Positions 41,179 through 52,118 of a DNA stretch of 64,000 nt are shown piece by piece. The position numbers were made by a program, and so were the translations under genes. A model generated the notes under the pieces. It ran no database searches. It had not been told where the DNA came from and saw only the letters and a list, made by a program, of their open reading frames with translations. The DNA comes from Podarcis filfolensis. Lineage: Eukaryota. Within the stretch, counting starts at the first letter, position 1. Every line of letters starts with the position of its first letter. The stretch lies in NCBI GenBank assembly GCA_964270895.1, contig OZ185442.1, one strand, 5' to 3'.

Positions 41179-41616
41179 CGGTATTTTTCGCCCTATAGGG
41201 CGCACTGGCCCATAGGACGCACCTAGTTTTTTGGGGGGGAAATGAATAAAAAAAAAATATTCCCCCCCAGTCGCGGGGCTGGGGCGGGGGAAGCCCGAGC
41301 TTCCCCCGACCCCAGCCCCCAGAACAGGCTGCTATCCACAAGCCTTGTGAGCCCAGCGGCAACCCCCGCCGTGCTCACAAGGCTTGCGGACATCTGCGCG
41401 AAGCATGGGGCGCCCTCCGGAGGGCGCCCCGTGCTTCGGGCTGCAGGCTGCTGCCTGCAAGCCTTGCGAGCCTGCGGGAATTCCTGCCGGGCGTGCAAGG
41501 CTTGCGGACATCTGCGCGAAGCACGGGGCGCCCTGCATTCGCCCCATAGGACGCACACACAGTTCCCCTTCATTTTTGGAGGGGAAAAAGTGTGTCCTAT
41601 AGGGTGAAAAATATGG
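41179..41616. mobile_element. Tc1/mariner superfamily (Tc2-like) MITE, GC-rich
   Basis: TIRs cggtatttttcgccctatagggcgcac / gtgtgtcctatagggtgaaaaatatgg. TA TSD at 41177-41178 and 41617-41618. Subterminal repeat cccataggacgcac. Confidence 0.88.
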
Positions 41617-41646
41617 TAGTTATCTGGTTTCTTTGTTCTTATCCTG

Positions 41647-41672
41647 TAACCCTAACCCTAACCCTAACCCTA
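41647..41672. repeat. Short interstitial telomeric repeat (TAACCC)4
   Basis: taaccctaaccctaaccctaacccta read directly. Confidence 0.9.
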
Positions 41673-42004
41673 TTTAAACCTGGCTATGCATGGGGCACAT
41701 AACAGAGTTCTGTCATCCGGGGCAGGGGAAAAGAGAAAAACAAAGACTTTTATTAAAATTAAACATTAAAATATTAAATAAAATATTAAAATAAAAAAGG
41801 AGCACAACAGACATTTTTAAATCAGAGGCTCTGTAGCTAAAGGAGTTTGGGGTGGAGTAAGGTGATCTCAGAATTAAGCAGGAACAGTGTAAAGAGAGTA
41901 TGCAAGTTAACACTTTTCATGTGCTGATCAACTCTGCGGTTAAGACCAATACGTGTATTTGCTAGAGGGGTTTTGATTGTTTGGTTGTTTTTTATTCCTG
42001 TGTA

Positions 42005-42370
42005 AAAGGTAAAGGGACCCCTGACCATTAGGTCCAGTCGTGACTGACTCTGGGGTTGCGGCGCTCATCTCGCTTTATTGGCCGAGGGAGCCGGCATTTG
42101 TCCGCAGACAGCTTCCGGGTCATGTGGGCAGCAGGACTAAGCCACTTCTGGCGAACCAGAGCAGCGCATGGAAACGCCGTTTACCTTCCTGCTGGAGCGG
42201 TACCTATTTATCTACTTGCACTTTGACATGCTTTCGAACTGCTAGGTTGGCAGGAGCTGGGACCGAACAACAGGAGCTCACCCCGTCACGGGGATTCGAA
42301 CTGCGAACCTTCTGATCGGCAAGTCCTAGGCTCTGTGGTTTAACCCACAGCGCCATTCACGTCCCCTTTA
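42005..42370 (-). mobile_element. Sauria SINE, full length
   Basis: A and B boxes and (ACCTTT)n tail on the minus strand. 13-bp TSD ttattcctgtgta (41992-42004) / ttattcttgtgta (42371-42383), one mismatch. Confidence 0.94.
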
Positions 42371-43529
42371 TTATTCTTGTGTAGGACACTGCATTTAATC
42401 CTGGAAGCCATATACCATTGCACAAACAGAAAAATAAAACATATATATTAAGCCAGAAAGCTATTTCAACGAGAAAAACGAAGGCTGTTTTGCTTTTGCT
42501 TTCTTTCTGAACCAGGGAGATATTCCTAGCCCATGGACTCGTTATGTTAAACTTGGTCAGTCAAAGCAAGTCTCATTTTTAAAAAGTGACAGTGTGAGAC
42601 TGGTATATTTATTTTTTTCAACATCTGCAACAAACTTGCTATTATAGGATAAAACTAGGTATTAAACAAACTCTAACCAATGAGATGCCTCTTTGATACG
42701 AATCAAATGCAAGATGCAATCAGTATAATTTGAAGAGAAGGAAGGGGACACGTATCATGAAAAGCTAATGTTAAAACAGGGCTGGTTTGAGACTTTTCTT
42801 TGAATAGTTGGATCTCTCTGTGAACAAGCAAATTTGCCTCTTGGCATAAGCTAATTGCAAATAAACAGGTTCTAGAGTGCAGCGACTGGCAGAGAAAATA
42901 GACATCCTTTGTGGGCCCCTTGTTTTTTCCCTTTAGTCTTCCCCTAAGATGTACAGATTGTCCTCCTACAGATAACTGCATTGGGATGTTCCTGATAAGG
43001 CTGTGAGGTCACTAGAACACACTAACTCGTCCACACTGCACTTCACATAGCAACTGTTCAGCTTCCTCTGGCTGATCATGCTGGGAACAGATGCTGTAAA
43101 TTCAGCTCTTGTGTGCAGCAGGAAGACCCAAATGTCACAGACCTCACAGCATCACATCAGGGACAATTATCATCTGGGATCTTATCCTGCAGAAGCCTCC
43201 TTAAAATGAACAAGAGGTTGCAGAGAAGCATGCATCTGTTATGGCACCACAAGCAGCTGTTTTAGCAAGACTTGTCAATACATTTTGCCCTGGATAAGTA
43301 TATAAGCTAACACTTTACCCTTCTTTCAAGGGTAACGAAGGCCTGTGAAACTTCTACCAGATCATTTCCTAATTCTGAAGAAAAGGAGTCTAAATTTGGA
43401 GAGTAGGAAGATCAGATTCTGCAACCAGATTTCCCATTTATTTGCATGCTAACAGTAGGCTGTTTACAGAAGGGTGGGAAAATTTCCCCACCCCACTTCA
43501 AATCAAGTGTGTATTCCTGTAGTGTAGAG

Positions 43530-43735
43530 TAAAGCTTTCCAAACTGTGTGTCGCGACACGTTAGTGTGTCAGCTACAGTGTGTAGGTGTGTTGCACAAAT
43601 GCTCCCCACGCTCCTCCCAGGGCTGGAAAGGGGCTAGCTTAACCTCCGGTTTGCTAGTAAAACTGAATTACTGTGTCACAAAATGATGCATGTCTAAAAA
43701 GTGTGTCACCAACATGAAAAGTTTGCAAAGCTCTG
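43530..43735. mobile_element. hAT-Charlie-like MITE
   Basis: TIRs taaagctttccaaact / agtttgcaaagctctg. 8-bp flanks gtgtagag / ccttagag share the TAGA core of the Charlie target preference. Confidence 0.75.
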
Positions 43736-44100
43736 CCTTAGAGGCTGTATCCTGCTGGGAGCTGCGTGAGAAAAGTAGACGAGACAGAGCCTTGCTCTTG
43801 CTCATCCCCACCCCACACTGTGAGTGCTGAGAAACTGAGGTGATGCATCACCACTTCACATGCTTGCTTTTGCACACACACACTCTCTCTCTCATTCACA
43901 CACCCCACATCAATCCATCCTCAAACACCACAAAAGGGGATCTTTTTCAAAGCACTCGGTGCTTCCATCTAGGAACACCAGACACACAGTTTCAACACGT
44001 TTTTCTCTTCCCTGTTCTCCCTGCTCTCAGGAAACCTTTTGAAAGCTCTATGCAGGTTCCACCTCTTCCTCAAGATTGAAGAGGTGGAGCTCACTAAATC

Positions 44101-44144
44101 TGGTTGGTTGGTTGGTTGGTTGGCTGGCTGGCTGGCTGGCTGGC
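44101..44144. repeat. Compound tetranucleotide microsatellite (TGGT)5(TGGC)6
   Basis: Read directly. Confidence 0.95.
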
Positions 44145-45661
44145 ATCCATCTGTCTCAGGAGACAATGGAAGAGTGCTCCGGCGGGCATTAAGTCTCCCT
44201 ACCATTGATATCCAAATTCTGAAAAGCCAGAATTTGCGAGCAAACTCTGAGCAAGCTGGAAAATCTAATGTCTTTAGCCAACTTCTATTTTTCTAGAGTC
44301 ATGCTAAATTTTCTGTTATTAGAAGAGGTGGGCTGTTGCTGGGCTGCACAAAGGAAATGGCAGAGAAAATAAGTGGAAGGCATTTATTAACATGCTCTGC
44401 TCTCCTCCTTGTGCAGGACATTGAGGGCTTATCTCCACATGCCTTGTGTAGGATGGACACATCCAATACCTGTGGGGCCTGGTCACTCCCTGAAGTTCAG
44501 CATTAGGAAGAAGAGTGGGGAGGAGGAGGTTTGGGCAGCAGCAGGAGAGTAGATGGAGGTCAAACAAGAACAAAGACAGACAACGAGGAAACCTCTGGGA
44601 GAATCTATATCCGTTGCCAAGAACTGAACCCTCCCATTGTTCTGAAGACTTGTATACACTCCATTAGCTAAAATACGACGTTTAATTATTTCTGCAGTTT
44701 GGTATTTCTATTAAACGTGCACTGAAATATGAAACGTTGAGCTAATAGAACACATGTGGAGGTAGAGAGAGTTCTTTTTGGCAGGATTTTGTTGGTTCCA
44801 TGGACTATCATGCCAGAAAAACAAGACCTAAATCCAAAGCAACTACCAGGACAAAAAAATTACAAGGGCGCGGGGGGGAGAGAGAGAGAGAGAGAATGGA
44901 GGAAGACACACAACTGGTGACACCAGAAAAGCTGATACTGCAAGCGCTTCTGCAGACTGGAGCTTGGCTATCTTTTCTCTGGGTTAATATTTCCTAGGTA
45001 AGATTTTCTAGCACCTTGTGCCACACATCTGCGTAATCTTAAGACAATTCTGCACATTATAGTTTTATGGACTAGGTTCAAAGGTCTTTGTGAGGGTATG
45101 TTCATACTTTAGGCTATTGACTGGAAGTTCCCTTGGTAAAAAGACTCACCACAGTCACGGAACTGCTCTGGGACATATAAAACAGTAAGAAGAGAGCTGT
45201 TTAAGCATGTGCAGAATCCCTAACCATATCCCCAAGCATCTGAGAATTACAGAAAAAAGTTTGCAGTTACTGAAATAAATGAAAGCAGATGTGGAAAGGC
45301 TTCTCTTTCTCACGATGGTGATTAAGTCAAGTGTCCGTTATCATTTTAGCATCAAACATCCCCATGTCTGGAGAATTTGTTGATCACATCTGGCCATGCT
45401 GACAGCCGATGATAAGGAAGGAGGAACATCCTTTCCATTCAGCACAACACCAGGGCAACCAGCACTCAAGGAAGTTTTAAGATATACTGACAGAAGGATG
45501 TCAGGCAGCCACATTTGCTACAGGCTGGATTACATTTCAAATTTGTTTACATAAAAAAAAAAAACCACTGCCTAGTCTCAGGAGGATGCAGGAAAAGTGT
45601 GCTTCCCACCAACAAGATCACAAATGCTTCTTAGAAGTCCATTCAAGAGGTGAATCCCTAC

Positions 45662-45706
45662 CTGGCCATCTTGTCCGACGTGAACCTGATGTATCTGCAA
45701 GTTACC
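45662..45706 (-). CDS. BANP: BANP coding exon (45 nt, phase 0-0)
   Basis: ttttttcccccag|GGT AAC...GGC CAG|gtaggg. Translates GNLQIHQVHVGQDGQ; the human sequence as recalled is GNLQIHHVGQDGQ. Confidence 0.95.
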
Positions 45707-47798
45707 CTGGGGGAAAAAATTATACATTAAATGTAAGCCAGGAATTAAGAGGAAGTCAGAACTGCAAAAAGGGCACATTTCTGTACCTTATTAGTGTTCT
45801 TCATTACTTTACTTAAGGAAATTCACTCAGTTTTAGAAGTGAATTATCGTGCCTGGCAGTAAGAACCATATAAAACCCTTGTTTTATATACACAAAGCTA
45901 TCCTCCCCATGGACAGGGCTAATGGCTATAAATGTCTATATTCTGCATCAAGAATGGTGCATCTAAATAAACTAAGCAAACGAGCTGATTTATTTATTTA
46001 GGTCCTACTCACTTTTCAACTACAGTGGTATTATACAACATTTTAAATGCAATTTTAAATTCTCAACTTCCCATCCCGCTCATTCTCTTATGGGTCTCTA
46101 TTCTGCCATAGCCTATCTCTCCTCCCAAGCATTTGGTAGTCAATGAAAATTAAAATACTTTTTTAAAAACCCACCACAAATCTCCCAGCTCTAAGTAACT
46201 ATTCCCAAGCACAGCTGCATGTCCCCCCAATGCAGGGGCACCAGACTTTTGTCACTGCCTGAATTAAGTGTTCAGTTTTTGCTACCTGCTATGGGGAGGT
46301 TAGAAGGAGTGCAGCTTCACATCACAATTACTCAGACTGCTTCTGTTTTCTAAGGCTTTATCTACCATTCCTCATAAGTTTTTGAACTTTATTTGCAGCC
46401 ATGAGGGCTAGAAACTTCATTGTTGCTTTTAATAAAAGCCGAGAACTTCAGGGTGCTATAAACTATACACAACAGGAAATTCTCTGTTCATGCATTGCAA
46501 ACTATGCAAAGCCCTGCTGGTGATTCTCTGGAAAGCGTGGCTGATCAACATACAGTAGTGTTGTTGTTGTTGTTTGTTCTAGCTTTTAAGCAACAGCATC
46601 CTTTGTTTATTTGCTCAGATTTGCAAACATGCAGCCGTACCTAAAATCAAAACGTCTATCAGCCTAAAATTAGTAGAGTAATATGGTACAGTTTTGGCTG
46701 AAACAGAATGCAACTCTCCTAAATGGAGCTAGCAGCTATTTCTCTTCTTTTTGTCAAAACTCGGTTCCGCAGGCAAACAGGGGCTCCATTATGGAAGTCA
46801 CAAAAGACATCAGTTACAAAAGATTCTAAATGCTGCAGCCGATTTTGGGAGAAGCCTCTGGGTCTAGAAGCATAAAGGAAGAAATGAAGCACAGGAAGAC
46901 ATTTCTATGCAATCTGCAATTACGCTCTTAGAATCTGCCTGAAACAAGGCAAGGGGAAAGGGGGAAAGGTAATTTCCCATAGATTTTTCACATGTAAGAG
47001 GCAAAATGAGTATTCCTCTAAGAGGGGGGCAGTCAGTTGTCATCCTTTTTATGCTGTCAGCAACTATTCTGCTTCCATCCAAAGGAATGGAAGATAAACT
47101 GGAATAAACTCCAATCCAGATGTTTTCTATCCACATGGATGAAAGAAGGACCTGATCCTGCTTTCCTTCATGTCCAAGACAACTCCCTCTTAAGTCATAT
47201 GGGCGTGCAGGAACAGACTCTTCCCGTAATTTGTTAACATCGCAAGAGACAAAGCCTCTCTGGAGTTTCCTCAGCACCACATGAGATCCAGAGTAACTAT
47301 CATTAGACTATCCACGGGTTCAGACTAGTTCTGAATACACATAGTTTTAGAGCAGCTTCTGGCACTTCTTTCCTACTTTCACCTTTTAAGCAAAAATAGC
47401 TGAAGACACAAATACAGATCAGCTTCTAGTCATGTGTACTGAGCTGAAAAGGAAACCCCTGCATGAATGCTCATACATTACATTATAAAGAAGTGTGGAT
47501 CTGTGTATATAAATGTATAAAGTGGAATGTGATCCTTGGTTCATCCTGCTGTGTTTTTAATACAGCTGGAAACCAAGGGTGGGGAGAATAAACTAAAGGC
47601 ATATGCAATGTCCTACATATCTTCATTTCAATGGTGCATGCCTAGGACTGGAATGTGCTGCTTTCCTTTACAATGCCATAAGTTTAACCTCATCCATGTT
47701 GCCTCCTTCTATCAACATGTTAGCCATGCTAAGATTTGTAAGATCACTACAACTGCAGGACAGGTTTTGCCCAGCTGGCCACTCAGTCTGTGACTCAC

Positions 47799-47861
47799 CT
47801 CGCTGTCTTGCGTGATCTGGACCTGCTCTCCTTGTGGCACCTGGGCTATGTGGAGGTGACC
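47799..47861 (-). CDS. BANP: BANP coding exon (63 nt, phase 0-0)
   Basis: atcccacag|GGT CAC...AGC GAG|gtgagt. Translates GHLHIAQVPQGEQVQITQDSE, matching BANP. A polypyrimidine tract lies upstream on the minus strand. Confidence 0.96.
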
Positions 47862-48589
47862 CTGTGGGATCCATGAGCGGAGGGAAAGAAACACAAGAAG
47901 CATCAGTCAAAATCAGTGGAATACAATAAGCTCAAAGCAACTCAACTCATCAGACACAGAAGAAGTCAATGCCTCTTGTTTCAGAATACTTGCTGCACGC
48001 ACACTTTTACAGCATTCCATTTCAAGTACAGATGGGATTGCTGAGCCGTGGGTGGTACATGACTTAATTATCCAAGGTTTTATTTTCTCAGTATCTAGAA
48101 ATTTTCTGACTCTGGTGGTGACAGGAAGAGTATAATGTAGATGCTTGTAGAGAATTCAGAGTTGTCCCCCTGGTATAGAGCCTGGAAAATATCCACTGAG
48201 GCATGGCTTGTTTGGGAAGTGCAAGGTCAAGCTCTTTAGGAAAGCTTTATCCCCCCCATAAGGAGAGAATAAGCTGCAGGTACATCCTGACCTTTCCTAG
48301 CACGTGACTACTGGACAAGCACTTGAACACACAGTCATCCTGTATCAATTACTGTATTAAAACAAGAGGTTATAGATCCCAGGCCCTCAGTTGATTTGAC
48401 AATACTGAAACAACCCGTCCCAACAAAACACACACACAGAGAGAGGGGGGGGATTGTTTCAACAAAGCTGAGCTACAGAGGTGCCATGGAATGTTCATGA
48501 ACATTTTAATTGCAATAGGATGCTGAGAAACAGGACAAATTATTTAAAGGGATTGAAAGATGGTTCCCTCCCTTACAGTCGCTTTCAAC

Positions 48590-48754
48590 CATCTGTCCTT
48601 GTTTTTATCTTTTTAAGTTATGTATGGTTTCATCACCTTTTAATTATTAGCTTTTATCCCTTACCTGTTTTAAGTCTTATGTGTTTGGTTTATCCGTATG
48701 TTTTATCTTATGCTGATATGTGACTGAAATAAAGTTTGATACTGATACTGATAC
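48590..48754 (+). mobile_element. Probable LINE 3' UTR ending in AATAAA and a (GATACT)n tail
   Basis: T-rich tract, then gaaataaagtttgatactgatactgatac. Family not assignable by eye. Confidence 0.4.
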
Positions 48755-50708
48755 ACAGCACCCATGCTTTGGCCTGGCTGTTAATACCAGCTCCTGGCAT
48801 CCTTGGTTACTGTAATTAAAAGTTATGTTATGCTGTCTTCTTGATAGTTTTTTTTGTCACATTTTTCTATTGTCTAATTGTTCTGCAGAGTCTCATGATA
48901 TTTCTTTGAAAGTCAGATATGATTTTTTTTTAATTAATTAATTAAATGTTTGCCACGTCTTGTATTTCCAACCCTATGTTGCCAATGACACTGGTTACCA
49001 TCCAGGCATTTCCCACCCCACAAAGAATTATCACAAAGCAATGCTCACTAGGAACACCATGGCTTTGGCACAGGGTGAGAAGTATACTTGAAAGTTTCCC
49101 TTTAAGATCACTGCCACCGTCACTGAATAATTACCGCCACAGTATTCATGTGATGAATTGTCTATGCCCTTTGTTCTGTATGGAGAGGAGAAGAGCACTA
49201 CCCCCCCACACACACACGAACACTAAAGGACAACATTTCCACTGGTGTAGAATGGCAGCTGTCCAATCATTCTCTATTGAAGTTGTGCCAGATAACAATT
49301 GCAGAGAATCTAGCCTGAAGAGTTTTAATATATTAAAGAAATCGCTACTATACATCACTGACCTGTACAACTACCTCGGCAATAAAATCAAGCATATCAC
49401 TTGATTTAAAAAGAAGAAAAAATTGATCAAGGAAGGCAAAGAAACTTCCTCCCAAATCCTGACTGGCCCTTTGCAAGAGAAATTTACCTGCTGGCAAACT
49501 GGCTGCTACTTTGGTTTGTAAAAGTCTTTTGTGTTCATTTTCACATGCCTGTGTAGGAAACCAAGATTAAAGATATCCATGTGGAATTTTGTCAAAGGCC
49601 TTCCTTATATTATAACGTACCAACAATTGCACATGAATTTCAAAGAAACACAGGCCCTTCTATTTCAAACAGTTTCATTTCCTTTGGAAGGAAACTGTCT
49701 ATTTATAGGGAGAAGCAGCATGCCGAAAGTATCAAAACGACAATAGGAACTGTATATAAAATTAGACCACAGATCCAATCCATGTCGAGATTAAATCGCC
49801 TTCCCTTCACAATGATAAGCTCTTACTGGCTTCTAGGGGGAAATGTTCAAAACGTTTGGTTGGGTTGTTTTTGTTTTTTTATTTTAATCTCATTAAGCTG
49901 TTTGCAAGTCACACAAAACTTTCAAAGGAGGTGAGGAAAAGGAAGGTTTCGATACCTGTATGTTTCTTCCTCCACCCACCCCAGGCAAATAGCAATGTTG
50001 AGGGGTGGTTTACATTGAGAAGCAAGCAAGGGTGAAAAATGTGTTTCTGTTCTTTGTTTTTAATCCTCACTCAGTGCCATAGTCCTGAGTTGAATAGGTT
50101 GCTATGAAAAATAGCAAACTAAATGGGAGGTCCTTTCCACAACCATTTCATATTGTTTGTTTGTTTATTATTCAACATGGTAAATTTATACTCCAGTTTT
50201 CCATCCAAGGGTGCTCAAGGTGGCTAGTTTATCCCTAAGATGTGACTATGGCACAGAACTGGAATAATCAATAGGGCATTCTCAGTGGATCATGATGGAC
50301 ATGGAAAAGGGCTTTCCATGGTATGCATGAAAAAAGTCTTCTTCATTCAAATCATTTGTTCATTCATGTGTGCAAAACCTATTTTGTTGTTATCTTGGAC
50401 ACCTTCAAATATTCTGTACAAGTAAAAGAATCAGAGGGAAGATACTCCAGTCCAGTTCTTAGTGCTGTGATGTACAAGCAATTTCAAGTACTGGATTGAC
50501 TTGAATATTTTCTGGCTAGAATATACAGACCTTTGAAGTGGCTCATCGTAAATATAAAGCCAGCCTCATTCAAAATGGCTGCACATAAACTACACACCTG
50601 AGGGATGTTCTTCACACTGTGAGCCACTCTATTCTATACCTTCCCACCAGGTTCAGATGCTGCCAGTCTCTATGCCATCAGAAAACAAGTGGCCATCTCA
50701 GCTCTAAG

Positions 50709-50866
50709 CATAGGTGCCAATTCCCTGAGACCCTGGGTACCTGAGCACCCACAAAATTCCCCATGAAGGGGCCAGGCACCCACAATTTTTGGTGCCGGGG
50801 CCATGAACGCTGCATAGCACCATGATCCCTGGCACCCACAGTTGTGGGGGCAAGTTGGCACTCCTG
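50709..50866. mobile_element. hAT-type MITE
   Basis: TIRs cataggtgccaa / ttggcactcctg. 8-bp TSD gctctaag / gttctaag. Three internal gcacccaca repeats. Confidence 0.78.
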
Positions 50867-51987
50867 GTTCTAAGTGGAGATGCTAGCACTGCTGCTATCA
50901 CAGGTCTGAGCATGAATGGACTTCAAAACAGAAAAGCAGTAAAGTGTGAGTCATATATACCCAGGTGTTGTTATTGGTTGTTTTTTTATAAAAAAATCCT
51001 CACATGTAAATATAGTGGACAACAATAAAGCCCCAAATCACGCAAATGGATAAACCACCCCGCAGTCCGTGGATGAGTGAGGGGATTACTGAACTGGCCT
51101 GGTAGCTTTAGACTAAAGTGGGATCGACAAGGATTGAGAGCTTTCCTGCTGGACCTAGAAGGGACAGTACTCAGCCAACCGCAGGGAACTAGTTGTCTGC
51201 CAATCACATTCGCCACTGCTGGAGAAAACTACACTACTTGGAAACTTATGAAAATATCAGTAGGAGAAGTATGCATTCCCTCCACCTAACTGTGGGGATC
51301 ATATTTAAGTTCCATGCAACATTGCATTTGATTTAATGATATGAAGCAAAGCTACAGAAGCCAATGCAAGCTTTTCCATGGCCCACCAGCGCAATCATTT
51401 TTTTAAAAAAATGAAACACAAAAGCTTGAGTAATGGCAAGAGTGTCACGCTTAACTTTTAAACTTCCTGTCTTCTGTGGGTTTTGGGTCAAAGTGTTAAC
51501 TTTATTTAAACTTTTTGAAAGAAGAATTTAATGTCAATGTTTATAAGCTTTGCTTATATACATGAATTTAAATGGATACACATGTAAGGAATTCAGCTAA
51601 CAGATGTTGAAAAATGCTTCAGAACACACTTTGGAAAAAATGAGGCTAAATGAATCTAAAATGGATTTCCAGACTGCTAGTACTTCAGGGGCTGGGGGTG
51701 CAAATGCGTAATCCCCTGTGAACATGCCCTGAATGTCGAAGGGAGAACTGGAAAGTGTAGATGATCATTTGCATGAAAATTCATATATCCACACAAAATC
51801 ACTAGTTATTCATATCAGTGGTGCACCTATATTTTGCATGCGTACAACTAGCAGCAGAATATACTTTATTTAAAAACAAAACAAAACGTATTTTTGGAAA
51901 TAAGGAAAAGTTGAAGCTAAGCTGCAAGTACATAAAACTGAAAGCTGCTCAGGAGACAAGAAGAGATTGTAAAGAATGAGTACATAC

Positions 51988-52118
51988 TACTTGGACTTGG
52001 CCATCTTCTCCTATCTGGTGGATCTGGACTTGCTGGGCATTGGCCAGGGCGTAGTGAAGCGCTTGTGGCTGGTTGGCCTGAATTTCATTTGGTGCCGATG
52101 TGGTACTCTGAGCACTCT
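51988..52118 (-). CDS. BANP: BANP coding exon (131 nt, phase 1 to phase 0)
   Basis: ttttccag|AG AGT GCT...GTC CAA GTA|gtatgt. Translates (E)SAQSTTSAPNEIQANQPQALHYALANAQQVQIHQIGEDGQVQV. Phase fits the previous exon (G|AG = Glu), and QALHYALANAQQVQIHQIGEDGQVQV matches BANP. Confidence 0.96.

Noticed and set aside
44055-44091. 14-bp hairpin ggttccacctcttc / gaagaggtggagct
   Set aside because: Only 10-11 contiguous Watson-Crick pairs, too short for a pre-miRNA and within chance expectation.
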